Shown here piece after piece: positions 31,245 through 41,646 of a stretch of DNA of 51,410 nucleotides. The stretch is from contig CAJXFH010000004.1 of the NCBI GenBank assembly GCA_913052565.1, positions 1 to 51,410 on the forward strand, in the 5' to 3' direction. The translations under genes were made by a program, and so were the position numbers. The notes below the pieces were generated by a model. That model made no database searches and was not told the DNA's origin. It saw only the letters and a program-made list of their open reading frames with translations. Positions within the stretch are counted from its first letter, which is position 1, and every line of letters begins with the position of its first letter. This stretch comes from an uncultured Gammaproteobacteria bacterium. Lineage in GTDB: Bacteria > Pseudomonadota > Gammaproteobacteria > Magnimaribacterales > TMED112.

Positions 31245-31661
31245 ATGAGTAAAGAAGTAAAAGATTTTTTTTCAACTTATAGTGAATTTGTTACGAAAGT
31301 TACTAGTGACCCAAGCCTAGATCTAGATGCTTTACAAGCTAGTCTTGAAGATATTGAAAATAAGTCACCAATTGAATCAGCTAGGCTTTTGACTGCTGCT
31401 CTTGGTTTAGGTAGTGAAACAGGTGAATTTGTCGAAATTGTTAAAAAAATGTTTCTTCAAGGAAAACCACCATCTGAAGATAATATTTTTCATATGAAAA
31501 GAGAGCTGGGAGACATAATGTGGTATTGGGTTACTGCTTGTGCAGCTTTAAAGCTTGATCCATATGAAGTTATAAGTGAAAACCAAAAAAAACTGGAAGC
31601 AAGATATGGTGAACAATTTGCCGTAGATAGAAGTGAAGTAAGAAAAGAGGGCGATCTCTAA
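31245..31661 (+). CDS. MazG-like nucleotide pyrophosphohydrolase domain protein
   Basis: It has GSETGEFVEIVKK and ELGDIMWYW motifs and is an all-helical 138-aa protein. Confidence 0.6.
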   Translation: MSKEVKDFFSTYSEFVTKVTSDPSLDLDALQASLEDIENKSPIESARLLTAALGLGSETGEFVEIVKKMFLQGKPPSEDNIFHMKRELGDIMWYWVTACAALKLDPYEVISENQKKLEARYGEQFAVDRSEVRKEGDL

Positions 31662-31769
31662 AATTCTAAATATTTTAAAAAAAATCAAAGTTTACAAATA
31701 GAGCATAAATTACTCAGAAAGTTTATAATCAGATTGCTTGAAAATGGATTTCCATAGAGAGGTAAAAAG

Positions 31770-34700
31770 TTGCAAAAGAAAATTTCTTTAAGCGATAAAT
31801 ATACACAAAGAGAGGGGCAAATCTTTCTTACTGGCATACAAGCGCTTGTCAGGCTTCCGCTCATCCAAAAAGACTTAGACGAAATGAACAATCTCAATAC
31901 TGGAGGTTTTATATCTGGTTATAAAGGCTCTCCTTTAGGTGGATATGACTTAGAGCTAAGTAGAGCAGCTAAATACCTGAAAGAAAAATCTATTTTCCAT
32001 CAACCAGGCTTGAACGAAGAATTGGGTGCAACAGCAGTTTGGGGTTCTCAGCAAGGAGAATTTAAAGGCAGGGGTAAAAAAGATGGAGTTTTTGGTATCT
32101 GGTATGGTAAAGGACCAGGCATGGATAGAACCATGGATGTATTTAAGCATGCTAATGCTGCTGGATCGTCAAAATATGGAGGAGTGCTTGCTATAGCAGG
32201 TGATGATCATGCTGCAAAATCCTCAACATTACCACACCAATCTGACCATAATTTCATGAGTGCATTTATGCCTTATTTGTATCCTTCTGGTGTCGAAGAA
32301 ATTATTAGGTTTGGATTATTGGGAATTGCAATGAGCCGCTACAGCGGGTGTTGGACAGGTTTTAAAATTGTTTCAGATGTGGCTGACTCAGGTAAAAGAT
32401 ATGACACTGCCGTTGAAACATCTCCAATAATTATTCCTAGCGAAAATTTTCTTGGAGAGTATAAAGACTTGCCAAGAAATATTCTTTATTCCGATACACC
32501 AAGAGATCAAGATTATCGCTTACAGAGAGCCAAGGGTTTTGCAGCTCAAGAATTCGTACGAGCCAATAACATCGATAAATCCATGTGGAAAGACAGAAAT
32601 TCAAAAATGGGAATTATCACAGCAGGCAAGTCTTACAATGACGTAAGAGAGGCCTTGAGATGGTTAAAAATTGATGAGGAAAAAGCTAAAGCTCTTGGTC
32701 TATGTATCTATAAAGTTGGAATGCCATGGCCTCTTGAACCTCATGGTGTAAGAGATTTTTGTGAAGGATTAGATACTGTTTTAGTTGTAGAGGAAAAAAG
32801 AGAACTCATAGAACATCAAGTTAAATGGCAGCTTTATAATTGGAAAGATACTGTACGTCCAACAGTTGTAGGAAAGCAAGACGAGTATGGCAGTTGGCTT
32901 TTACCTGCAGAAAATGATCTTCCTTTACAAACAATTGTTGAAGCTATCTCAACAAGATTACATAGTATTACAGGAGACAATGAGCTTTTAAAACATCTAG
33001 AGTGGTTTAATGAAAGAAATAAATTTCAAGCAAACCAAGAGGCCCCAATACAAAGAAGGCCTTTTTTCTGTTCTGGTTGTCCACATAACTCCTCATTAAA
33101 ACTTCCTGAGGGTAAAAGAGCTCTTGGTGGTATAGGGTGCCACTACATGGCAGTTAGTTCTGTTGAGGGCACAGAGTTTTTCACTCAAATGGGAGGAGAG
33201 GGCACGCCTTGGATTGGTATAGCACCTTTCTCAAAGGAAAAACATGTTTTTGCAAATCTCGGAGATGGCACATATAAACACTCTGGAATTTTAGCTATAA
33301 GAGCTTCGCTGGATGCAAACGTAAATATTACTTACAAAATTCTATATAACGATGCAGTTGCCATGACAGGTGGACAGGAAATTGGTGGAAATTGGGATGT
33401 TGAAGGCATTGTCAAACAAGTATTAGCAGAAGGTGTAAAAAAAGTTTCCATACTTTCCCAAGACCCGAAAAAATACAAACATTTAGTACAAGATGGAGTA
33501 AAAAGCTTACATCGAGACTCAATCGTCGTTGAGCAAGAAGAATTAAGTGAGTTTGAGGGTGTAAGTGTTTTAATCTTTGATCAAACTTGTGCTGCAGAAA
33601 AGAGACGTAGAAGAAAAAGAGGCTTAATGGAGGACCCAAAAAAGCGTGTCGTAATCAATAAGGAAGTTTGTGAGGGTTGTGGTGACTGTTCAATCCAATC
33701 GAGTTGTGTATCCATAGAACCACTAGAGACAGAATTAGGCAGAAAAAGAAAAATTAATCAATCAAGTTGTAATAAAGATTATTCCTGTATAAAGGGTTTC
33801 TGTCCTTCTTTTGTAACTGTGAATGCAGAAATGAGAACAAACAGTGAATTCAAGGATCTGGGAGAATTTCCGGATCCTGCAAGAATTACACCTGACCAAG
33901 TTTCTAATATTATGTTGACAGGTATTGGGGGCACAGGTGTGCTCACAATTTCCGCAATTCTCGCCTATGCAGCTCACTTTGAAGAAAAAGATTCATCTGT
34001 TTTAGATATGACTGGCCTAGCGCAAAAAGGTGGTGCTGTATGGTCCCATATTAAAATTTATGAAAAAGGTGTTACTCCTTATAGTCAGAAAATTTCTCCG
34101 GGTTCAGCGGATATTTTGTTAGCATGTGATGCAGTTGTTGGAACCAAGCCTGAGATACAAGAGGTAGTTTCTAGAGAGAATACACTAACAGTTCTTAATA
34201 GTAATACTATTCCAGTTTCAGATTTTGTTACTGAAAGAGACATTGATTTTAAGAACAAAGATGTTCGCAATATGTTGAAAAATACAACTAAAAAAATTAT
34301 TTCTGAAGTTCCTGCAATAAAAATTTCAGAACAGCTGTCTGGCGACGCTATTGGTACTAATATGCTGATGCTTGGAAGTGCTTATCAAAATGGTTTAATC
34401 CCATTGGAAGCTGAAAACATTATCAATGCTATAAAGCTTAATGGGGTTGGTATAGATAGAAATATTTACAATTTTAATCTTGGAAGGCTTTACACATTTA
34501 ACCCAGATCATGAGGTATTTGATTTTCTCAAAAAAGATATAGTTAAAAACCTAAATTCAGTGGAATTATTTGAAGACCGTCTGGAAAGAATAAATAATTA
34601 TGACACTAGAGTGGTAAACGATTTCTCAGAAGATAAGAAGCTTATAGATGATATCCTCTCACAAGAAATAGATACTGAAACCTTAACAAAAGATGCAATT

Positions 34701-35267
34701 AAAGAACTCTATAGGGTCTATGCAATTAAAGATGAATATGAGGTTGCACGCATGCACATTGAGACAACGGCAAAAATTCTTGATGACAGTTTTGCAAGCT
34801 GGAACAACCTAAAATTTTATCTTTCACCTCCAATGTTATTTTTTATGAAAGATAAAAGAACAGGCAGGCCTAAGAAAATTGAAATTCCTGGTTACATAGC
34901 TATGCCAATTTTCAAGCTACTGCATGCATTTAAATTTCTGAGAGGAACAATATTCGACCCACTAAATTTATCACCAGACAGGATCAGAGAGCATGAACAT
35001 AAAAAGATCTTTAGATCTAAATTACAGGAAATTAATAACGAGATTGCAGGCAAAAAAGCCAAAAGGCTCAGAGAATTTATTGACGCTTCAAAAACTGTAA
35101 AAGGTTATGGGCCTGTAAGAGAAAAATCATATGAAAAATTTAAAAGATTTATAAATATACCTGAGAAGAAAAGATTAAGACTGCTAAGAGAGTTATTCAG
35201 CTTTACATCAACAAAACCTATCAAATCAAAAAAAATTACTTCTTCTGAAAATATTAGAATCAAATGA
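31770..35267 (+). CDS. Indolepyruvate:ferredoxin oxidoreductase-family protein (fused alpha/beta, ~1165 aa)
   Basis: It has the N-terminal LSDKYTQREGQIFLTGIQALVRLPL, the TPP motif GDGTYKHSG and the Fe-S cysteine cluster CEGCGDCSIQSSC. The TTG start is preceded by GAGAGG 7 nt upstream. Confidence 0.88.
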   Translation: MQKKISLSDKYTQREGQIFLTGIQALVRLPLIQKDLDEMNNLNTGGFISGYKGSPLGGYDLELSRAAKYLKEKSIFHQPGLNEELGATAVWGSQQGEFKGRGKKDGVFGIWYGKGPGMDRTMDVFKHANAAGSSKYGGVLAIAGDDHAAKSSTLPHQSDHNFMSAFMPYLYPSGVEEIIRFGLLGIAMSRYSGCWTGFKIVSDVADSGKRYDTAVETSPIIIPSENFLGEYKDLPRNILYSDTPRDQDYRLQRAKGFAAQEFVRANNIDKSMWKDRNSKMGIITAGKSYNDVREALRWLKIDEEKAKALGLCIYKVGMPWPLEPHGVRDFCEGLDTVLVVEEKRELIEHQVKWQLYNWKDTVRPTVVGKQDEYGSWLLPAENDLPLQTIVEAISTRLHSITGDNELLKHLEWFNERNKFQANQEAPIQRRPFFCSGCPHNSSLKLPEGKRALGGIGCHYMAVSSVEGTEFFTQMGGEGTPWIGIAPFSKEKHVFANLGDGTYKHSGILAIRASLDANVNITYKILYNDAVAMTGGQEIGGNWDVEGIVKQVLAEGVKKVSILSQDPKKYKHLVQDGVKSLHRDSIVVEQEELSEFEGVSVLIFDQTCAAEKRRRRKRGLMEDPKKRVVINKEVCEGCGDCSIQSSCVSIEPLETELGRKRKINQSSCNKDYSCIKGFCPSFVTVNAEMRTNSEFKDLGEFPDPARITPDQVSNIMLTGIGGTGVLTISAILAYAAHFEEKDSSVLDMTGLAQKGGAVWSHIKIYEKGVTPYSQKISPGSADILLACDAVVGTKPEIQEVVSRENTLTVLNSNTIPVSDFVTERDIDFKNKDVRNMLKNTTKKIISEVPAIKISEQLSGDAIGTNMLMLGSAYQNGLIPLEAENIINAIKLNGVGIDRNIYNFNLGRLYTFNPDHEVFDFLKKDIVKNLNSVELFEDRLERINNYDTRVVNDFSEDKKLIDDILSQEIDTETLTKDAIKELYRVYAIKDEYEVARMHIETTAKILDDSFASWNNLKFYLSPPMLFFMKDKRTGRPKKIEIPGYIAMPIFKLLHAFKFLRGTIFDPLNLSPDRIREHEHKKIFRSKLQEINNEIAGKKAKRLREFIDASKTVKGYGPVREKSYEKFKRFINIPEKKRLRLLRELFSFTSTKPIKSKKITSSENIRIK

Positions 35268-35680
35268 AAAAAGTAACAGATAGTTTCTTTGTCTCTTCTC
35301 AGATTACTGTCGAAGATATTCCTGATATAGCAAAACAAGGATTTAGCACAATAGTTTGCAATAGACCTAATCACGAGGAAATCGGGCAAACTGATTATCA
35401 AAAGATCGAATTATGTTGTGCCCAAAATAATTTAAAGTTTATTAACTTACCTATGTCACCAGGACACCTAACAAGTGATCTAATAGACCAGACATATGAT
35501 TTGATTAATGAAGAAAATAAAACATTTGCCTATTGCAGAACAGGAACTAGATGCATAACTTTATGGGCATGTGCAAATGTGAAACTTAACGAAGTTTCAG
35601 AAACTTTAGATCAGGTTAACCAAGCTGGTTATGATTTAGACCATCTTCAAGATTTTCTCGAAGATATTAAGGCTTCTTGA
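35264..35680 (+). CDS. DUF442/TIGR01244-type phosphatase-fold protein (Blh N-domain-like)
   Basis: FFVSSQITVEDIPDIAKQGFSTIVCNRP and the active-site-like CRTGTRC are typical of this family. It overlaps the upstream gene by 4 nt. Confidence 0.6.
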   Translation: MKKVTDSFFVSSQITVEDIPDIAKQGFSTIVCNRPNHEEIGQTDYQKIELCCAQNNLKFINLPMSPGHLTSDLIDQTYDLINEENKTFAYCRTGTRCITLWACANVKLNEVSETLDQVNQAGYDLDHLQDFLEDIKAS

Positions 35681-35924
35681 ATAGTGTAATCATCCATACA
35701 ATTGGAATTACAATCAAACAACCAAGTGTAATATTTATTGCCAGCATTAGTGGAAAATCGACAATTGCCCCTAAAAAATCAGACAAAGAATTGCCAATCA
35801 AAGCACCATAAAGAGCGCCATGAACACCAGAGCCTTTAAAATACTTATCAATATCAATACCAAGCAAGGTAGCAAAGGCTAAAACTCCATTATCAATTAG
35901 CCCATATATTATTCCATCAGGCAT
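35667..35924 (-). CDS. Small membrane protein (hypothetical)
   Basis: It is 85 aa, Gly/Leu/Ile-rich and hydrophobic. It is the last gene of the putA-led minus-strand run, with a 1-nt overlap. Confidence 0.4.
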   Translation of the reverse strand: MPDGIIYGLIDNGVLAFATLLGIDIDKYFKGSGVHGALYGALIGNSLSDFLGAIVDFPLMLAINITLGCLIVIPIVWMITLFKKP

Positions 35925-36310
35925 TAGAATATTTTCCTCTTCATATTTTTTAGAGTTATATAAAGAAAGACGAAATAAACAACCTCAAATGCTGTAAAGC
36001 CAACTAAAAATGCAGAAGTAAACTCTCCATATATCAAAGTAATTATTCTACCGAACAAGATTCCTGAAATTATGAATAAAAGAATTTTAAAGAATTGTTC
36101 TTGATGTTTGGGTTGGAAAATAGCTATTAAAGCAAATATTCCGATGAAAAAATTTATGCCTCCATAAACTGAACGGATTTCAGCAGAGCCTAAATCTGAA
36201 TTCAATGTTAAGCCAACTTGTTCTACATAGCTTGCTGGCTCAAATAATGCCCAGCCACCTAACCAGCCATACATTATTGCTGTAAAAAGTAAAAATATTT
36301 TATTTATCAT
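35924..36310 (-). CDS. Small polytopic membrane protein (DUF4345-like, hypothetical)
   Basis: It is 128 aa with four hydrophobic segments. Its start overlaps the putA stop by 1 nt. Confidence 0.45.
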   Translation of the reverse strand: MINKIFLLFTAIMYGWLGGWALFEPASYVEQVGLTLNSDLGSAEIRSVYGGINFFIGIFALIAIFQPKHQEQFFKILLFIISGILFGRIITLIYGEFTSAFLVGFTAFEVVYFVFLYITLKNMKRKIF

Positions 36311-39300
36311 TATTCGTTATTTTTTGTTAGTAAATCTATATTACCACCTGTTGCCATAACATTGTCAGTGAAAGTTTTTTCGGTTACAAAACTATGAAGG
36401 TATTGTGGACCGCCTGCTTTTGGACCTGTACCACTCAAGCCTTGGCCACCGAATGGTTGAACTCCTACTACAGCTCCTACTATATCTCGGTTTAAATAAA
36501 AGTTTCCGATGTTTGATTTTTCAAATATCTTGCTAGCTTTATCAAGTATTCTTGAGTGAACACCCATTGTTAGACCGAAACCTATTGAATTTATTTCGTC
36601 AATAATTGAGTCTAAATCATTTGGGTTATAGCTTATGAAGTGCAAAATAGGACCGAATTTTTCGCCATCAATATCTCTGATCGAATCAACTTTGAATGCA
36701 ATCGGTTTGAGAAATAATGATTTTTCCGGAATCTCACATTCTGTTTCTATAAATTCTTTGCCCGCTTTTTTTAACTTGGCGATATGTGTCTTAAGTTTAT
36801 CTAATGAAGTGCTATTAATGATTGGTCCAATATCAACTTTTGGTTGGTTCGGATCACCAATTTCAAGCTCTTGCATGGCCTCTTTTAAATAATCCCAGTA
36901 TTCTTCAGCGACATCTTCTTGGACATAGACCACTCTAAGAGCGCTACATCTTTGACCTGCACTATAAAAAGCAGATCTCATGACATCATCAATTACTTGC
37001 TCTTTGAGCGAAGATGAATCTACAAACATTGCATTTTGGCCACCTGTTTCTGCAATCAAAGTTTTAATTGCGCCATCTGTTTGTGCAAGATTAAGGTTAA
37101 TTGCTCTTGCTGCAGAAGTTGAGCCTGTAAAAGCGACACCACTTAAATTATTCATTTTGGTAAGTTCATTACCAATATCTTTTCCACCGACAACAAGCTG
37201 AAGTGCAGATTCTGGTACACCTGCTTCATGAAATAGTTTTACAATTTGGAAAGCAATGAGAGATGTGTCCTCAGCAGGTTTGGCTATGACATTATTGCCT
37301 GTTACTAAAGCTGCTGCAATTTGCCCAATAAAAATTGCCATAGGGAAATTCCATGGGCTTATGCATAAGAAGCTTCCCTTTGGCGCATTAATTAGATAGT
37401 TCTTTTCTCCAGATGGACTCTCAAGCTCTTGTTTTTTAAAAAGCTGTTCAGCATGCAGACAATAGTAATTTATAAAATCAATTGATTCTCTTACTTCTGC
37501 ATCACAATCTTTTAATGATTTACCTGCCTCATTACAAAGGAGGTAGAAGAACATATTTGAATTCTCTTTTATTAGTTCAACAGCTTTTTTTAAGACCTTT
37601 GACCTTTCTGAGCTATTTGTCTTATTCCAATTTAGATCAGAGATTTCTATTTTGTTTAAGTTATTTGCATTTAGATATGAAACTTTCCCAATGCGTTTCT
37701 TCTTATCACTTGGTGAGAATTTATCTTCATAAACATCAATTATTTCTTCACCATTTATAATTGAACAAGCATAAAAATCTTGATCATTGAAATCGTTCAT
37801 ATTTCTCACTAAATCGTCTATTTTCATTAAATCTCCAAAATCAAAACCATCTGAATTTTCTCTATCTGAAAAAATATTTTTTGGTCTAGGCACTTGAGTT
37901 AAATAATTTTGTTCTTTTAAGTTTTTAGATGCTATTTCAATAGGATTCTTTACAACATCTTTTACCGGTATATCTTTAGATAGATACTTGTTTACAAATG
38001 AGCTGTTTGCTCCATTTTCTAAAAGTCTTCTAACTAAATAAGGTAAGAGTTCTTTTTTTGAACCAACAGGAGCATATACTCTTGTCAAAGGAAAAATATC
38101 GTATACTTTTTCAGCATTTCTATAAGTTAAATCACCCATTCCAAAGATTCTTTGAAATTCAAATTTGTCCTCCCTTCCTTTATAAAGCTCCATAATTGCA
38201 GCAATGGTATGAGCATTATGTGTTGCGAAGTAAGGTCTTAAATTTTTTGTCTCAGAAATAATTTTTGCAGTCGACAAATAATTAATATCTGTAAAGGATT
38301 TTGATGTGAAGACCGGTAAATCTTCTGCACCTTTAATTTGGTGTATTTTAATTTCTTGATCCCAGTAAGCTCCTTTTACAAGCCTCATCATCATGCCATT
38401 TCTATTGGCACCTAATTCATCAACTAATTTAACAACAACTGGAGCTCTCTTTCCGTACGCCTGAATTGCTAAACCAAGCCCACTCCAATCTTTAAGATCT
38501 TTTCTTTTAGCAAGATTTTCAATGAGGTGGAGGCTAAGCTCTAATCTATCCTGTTCCTCAGCATCAATTGTCAGAGCAATATCATGGGCTGCTGACTGAA
38601 TGCAAAGTTGATAAACCCTCTCCAAGAGTTCATCAAAGACTCTTCCTTTTTTTGTTGCTTCATATCTTGGATGGATTGCTGAAAGTTTAATTGAGATTTC
38701 ATGAAATGAATTGGATAGTAAGGCATTTTTTTCGCCAACCTTTCTAATGGCTTCTTCATATGCATTAAAGAAGAAGTCTACGTCTGATTGTGTTCTTGCT
38801 GCCTCTCCGAGCATGTCGAATGAGCAAGGTATTTTTGGCATATCAAATTTATTCAAAGCATCGTCAATATCTATTCCTGAAACAAATTCTTCGCTTAAGA
38901 TTTCCATGCCTTTTTTGATTGCCTCTCTTAGTATCGGATCGCCTATACGTGATGTAAGGCCCTGAATCCAGCTGATCGGATTTGAACTTATGTTTTTATC
39001 AAGCTCAACTACTTGCTCAGCAAGGAATAAACCAAAGGTTGTTGCATTTACGAATAAAGACGGAGAACTATTAAAATGCGCAAGCCATTTCTTGCCGCCT
39101 ATTTTTTCTTCAATAATTTCGTCACATGTTGCATTATCAGGTATTCTCAGAAGCGACTCTGCAAGACACATTAAAGCTATGCCCTCTTGATTGCTTAAAC
39201 CATATTCCAGAAAAAAATTATCCAATCTGGTTTTGTTTCTGTCTTGTCTGCACTTATTTACAATTGCAGCTGCATTCTCTTGAATTTTTTGATTATTAAT

Positions 39301-39393
39301 CCAATCATTTGAATCAATTAGTTTTTGTACCAGAATTGATTCGTCCGCATATTTCAGGGTTTGTAAGTCTTTAAAGAAAATTTCAGTGCTCAT
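36310..39393 (-). CDS. putA: Bifunctional proline dehydrogenase / L-glutamate gamma-semialdehyde dehydrogenase PutA (no N-terminal DNA-binding domain)
   Basis: It is 1027 aa with a PRODH barrel region (MMRLVKGAYWD), ALDH motifs ETGGQNAMFVD and SAGQRCSALRV (catalytic Cys), and GVQPFGGQGLSGTGPKAGGP. Confidence 0.92.
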   Translation of the reverse strand: MSTEIFFKDLQTLKYADESILVQKLIDSNDWINNQKIQENAAAIVNKCRQDRNKTRLDNFFLEYGLSNQEGIALMCLAESLLRIPDNATCDEIIEEKIGGKKWLAHFNSSPSLFVNATTFGLFLAEQVVELDKNISSNPISWIQGLTSRIGDPILREAIKKGMEILSEEFVSGIDIDDALNKFDMPKIPCSFDMLGEAARTQSDVDFFFNAYEEAIRKVGEKNALLSNSFHEISIKLSAIHPRYEATKKGRVFDELLERVYQLCIQSAAHDIALTIDAEEQDRLELSLHLIENLAKRKDLKDWSGLGLAIQAYGKRAPVVVKLVDELGANRNGMMMRLVKGAYWDQEIKIHQIKGAEDLPVFTSKSFTDINYLSTAKIISETKNLRPYFATHNAHTIAAIMELYKGREDKFEFQRIFGMGDLTYRNAEKVYDIFPLTRVYAPVGSKKELLPYLVRRLLENGANSSFVNKYLSKDIPVKDVVKNPIEIASKNLKEQNYLTQVPRPKNIFSDRENSDGFDFGDLMKIDDLVRNMNDFNDQDFYACSIINGEEIIDVYEDKFSPSDKKKRIGKVSYLNANNLNKIEISDLNWNKTNSSERSKVLKKAVELIKENSNMFFYLLCNEAGKSLKDCDAEVRESIDFINYYCLHAEQLFKKQELESPSGEKNYLINAPKGSFLCISPWNFPMAIFIGQIAAALVTGNNVIAKPAEDTSLIAFQIVKLFHEAGVPESALQLVVGGKDIGNELTKMNNLSGVAFTGSTSAARAINLNLAQTDGAIKTLIAETGGQNAMFVDSSSLKEQVIDDVMRSAFYSAGQRCSALRVVYVQEDVAEEYWDYLKEAMQELEIGDPNQPKVDIGPIINSTSLDKLKTHIAKLKKAGKEFIETECEIPEKSLFLKPIAFKVDSIRDIDGEKFGPILHFISYNPNDLDSIIDEINSIGFGLTMGVHSRILDKASKIFEKSNIGNFYLNRDIVGAVVGVQPFGGQGLSGTGPKAGGPQYLHSFVTEKTFTDNVMATGGNIDLLTKNNE

Positions 39394-39441
39394 TTTTGTA
39401 GGGGTATTTTACCTTGTATTAGATGGTTTTAGAATGAATTT

Positions 39442-40353
39442 TTAGTTCCATCTAGACTTAGCTTCTGCGAAAGATTCTTTAATATATCCTTTCAGCCAAG
39501 TGCAGCCTGGGTCGTTGTCATTTGATGCATGCCAAGCAAGAAAAAATTGAGATGGTGCAACTTCAAACGGAAGGGTTTTGTAGGCTAAATCGTGTTTTTT
39601 TGCAAAGGATTTTGTACAGGTCAGAACCATATCTGTGCTGTTGAGTATCTCAGGAGTAATTAAATAGTGTTGGGCTCTTAGAGCAATCTTTCTATCTAGT
39701 TGAAGTTTAGCTAGAGCATTATCAACTAATGCAGCGCCTCTTTTTCTGCCTGAAATATGTATGTGATCTAAATCTAGATACTGTTCAATACTCAATGCAT
39801 CTTCGGCAGCCAATTTATGATCTTTTCGGAAGCCACAAACAAATTCGTCTTCAAAAATTAGTTCCTTTTTAATGTCTGAATCAGATGGGGGAAATGGATC
39901 AACAGCAAAACATACTTCATTTGCAACTAAAGCATGCTGTAAATCTTCTCGTTTTGTGTAGTAACTACTTAGACTCACCCTTGGTGCAACTTCATGCACC
40001 TTTTCCATTAGTATTGGTAGCACTCTGCCTTCACTGACATCGTTGAGAGACAATTTAAAAGTTCGGCTTGAAACTGCAGGGTCAAATGCATCCGGCTCTT
40101 CAAGTGTTTTGTGCAAAATTAATAAAGCTTCTCTGACATGTATGATGATATTTTCAGTCTTAGCTGTTGGTTGGACCCCTTGGCCAACTCTTATAAAGAG
40201 CTGGTCATTGAAATAATCTCTTAGTTTAGAAAGGGCGCTACTCACAGCTGGTTGAGTAATACCTACAATCTCGCCTGCTTTAGTAAGACTCCCCTCGGTA
40301 TAGATTGCATTGAATACAACAAGAAGGTTAAGGTCGAGATTATTTAATTTCAT
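39442..40353 (-). CDS. LysR-family transcriptional regulator
   Basis: It has an N-terminal wHTH (LNLLVVFNAIYTEGSLTKAGEIVGITQPAVSSALSKLR), is 303 aa, and is divergent from a catabolic-looking operon. Confidence 0.9.
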   Translation of the reverse strand: MKLNNLDLNLLVVFNAIYTEGSLTKAGEIVGITQPAVSSALSKLRDYFNDQLFIRVGQGVQPTAKTENIIIHVREALLILHKTLEEPDAFDPAVSSRTFKLSLNDVSEGRVLPILMEKVHEVAPRVSLSSYYTKREDLQHALVANEVCFAVDPFPPSDSDIKKELIFEDEFVCGFRKDHKLAAEDALSIEQYLDLDHIHISGRKRGAALVDNALAKLQLDRKIALRAQHYLITPEILNSTDMVLTCTKSFAKKHDLAYKTLPFEVAPSQFFLAWHASNDNDPGCTWLKGYIKESFAEAKSRWN

Positions 40354-40366
40354 TTATAGCTTATAA
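40354..40366. promoter_or_regulatory. Candidate LTTR box (T-N11-A dyad)
   Basis: TTATAGCTTATAA reads as TTATA-N3-TATAA, fitting T-N11-A. It lies in the lysR/ACAD divergent intergenic region, centred about 72 nt upstream of the ACAD ATG. AT-rich context makes chance palindromes likely. Confidence 0.3.
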
Positions 40367-40381
40367 TTGTATGAGGACTAT

Positions 40382-40398
40382 TATAAATAATATTTATA
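40382..40398. promoter_or_regulatory. Perfect 17-bp palindrome, candidate operator overlapping the ACAD promoter region
   Basis: TATAAATAATATTTATA has 8-bp arms and one central base, and lies 34-50 nt upstream of the ATG at 40432. It is composed only of A/T. Confidence 0.3.
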
Positions 40399-40431
40399 GT
40401 ATTTCAGAAGTTTTTTTAATAATTGATAACT

Positions 40432-41646
40432 ATGAAATTTGATACCACAGAAAAGATCGATTTTTACCTTCCTAAAGTCAAAAGCTTTATTGATGAAGTT
40501 GTTGTTCCAGTAGAACAAGAAATTTTAAAGAGAGACATCCCTGAAGAAAAAAGATGGGAGCCTTATCCTGAGTTGGATGACTTAAAAAAAGAAGCGCGCT
40601 CAAGAGGATTATGGAATTTATTTTTACCTGATAGTGAGTATGGCGCTGGTTTATCTAACTATGAATATGCGCACTTAGCAGAAGCCATGGGTCGAACTTA
40701 TCTAGCTTCTGAAGCAATGAACTGCAGTGCACCAGACACCGGAAATATGGAAGTATTGGTGAGATATGGGTCAAAAGAGCAACAAGAAACATGGTTAAAG
40801 CCACTGTTAGAGGGTGAAATTAGATCAGCTTTTGGTATGACAGAACCACAGGTAGCATCATCAGATGCAACTAATATGGAAGCTACTGCAGAACTAGTGG
40901 ATGGACAATGGGTTATTAATGGTGAAAAGTGGTGGACTTCAGGTGCTGGTGATCCTAGGTGTAAGATCATCATTTTTATGTGTGTTACTAATCCTGATAA
41001 TGAAAGACACCAAAGACACTCTATGATTCTTGTTCCAATGGATACACCAGGTGTTGAGGTAAAAAGAATGATGCATGTCTTCGGCTATGATGATGCACCT
41101 CACGGCCATGCTCATATGAAATTTGATAATGTAAAAGTCCCTGCTGAAAATGTAATTTTGGGAGAGGGAAGAGGTTTTGAGATAGCTCAAGGCAGATTAG
41201 GCCCGGGACGAATTCATCATTGTATGCGTTCCATTGGAGCAGCTGAAGTAGCATTTGAATTAATGTGTAAAAGATCTCTTGAGAGAAAAGCCTTTGGCAA
41301 AGAGCTTGCAAGGCTTGGTGGAAATTTTGATGTTATTGCAGACTCAAGAATGGAAATTAATCAAGCTAGACTCCTTACGCTCCATGCGGCATGGAAGATG
41401 GATAAGTATGGCAATAAAGTTGCTGCAAGTGAAATAGCTCAAATTAAAGTAGCAGCTCCGATCATGGCTTGTAATGTTATTGATCGAGCAATACAAATGC
41501 ATGGTGGAGGAGGTGTAAGTCAAGATTTTCCTCTAGCAAGCATGTATGCTCATATGAGAACTCTTAGGCTAGCAGATGGTCCTGACGAAGTTCACAGAAG
41601 AACGGTTGCTAGACTTGAGTTGGCAAAACTTGTGCAAGATAAATAA
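40432..41646 (+). CDS. Acyl-CoA dehydrogenase family protein
   Basis: It has ACAD motifs [43 protein letters not shown] and [16 protein letters not shown] prefer the ATG at 40432 to the TTG at 40423. Confidence 0.9.
   Translation: MKFDTTEKIDFYLPKVKSFIDEVVVPVEQEILKRDIPEEKRWEPYPELDDLKKEARSRGLWNLFLPDSEYGAGLSNYEYAHLAEAMGRTYLASEAMNCSAPDTGNMEVLVRYGSKEQQETWLKPLLEGEIRSAFGMTEPQVASSDATNMEATAELVDGQWVINGEKWWTSGAGDPRCKIIIFMCVTNPDNERHQRHSMILVPMDTPGVEVKRMMHVFGYDDAPHGHAHMKFDNVKVPAENVILGEGRGFEIAQGRLGPGRIHHCMRSIGAAEVAFELMCKRSLERKAFGKELARLGGNFDVIADSRMEINQARLLTLHAAWKMDKYGNKVAASEIAQIKVAAPIMACNVIDRAIQMHGGGGVSQDFPLASMYAHMRTLRLADGPDEVHRRTVARLELAKLVQDK

Noticed and set aside
31684-31730. Direct repeat AAAGTTTA(C/T)AA (x2) and a TATAAT hexamer (31724-31729) upstream of the IOR gene, as a possible promoter or operator.
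   Set aside because: No acceptable -35 lies at 16-18 nt from the TATAAT. The TTTACA element lies 27 nt upstream, which is too far. Such hexamers are frequent in this AT-rich spacer, so I cannot support a promoter call.
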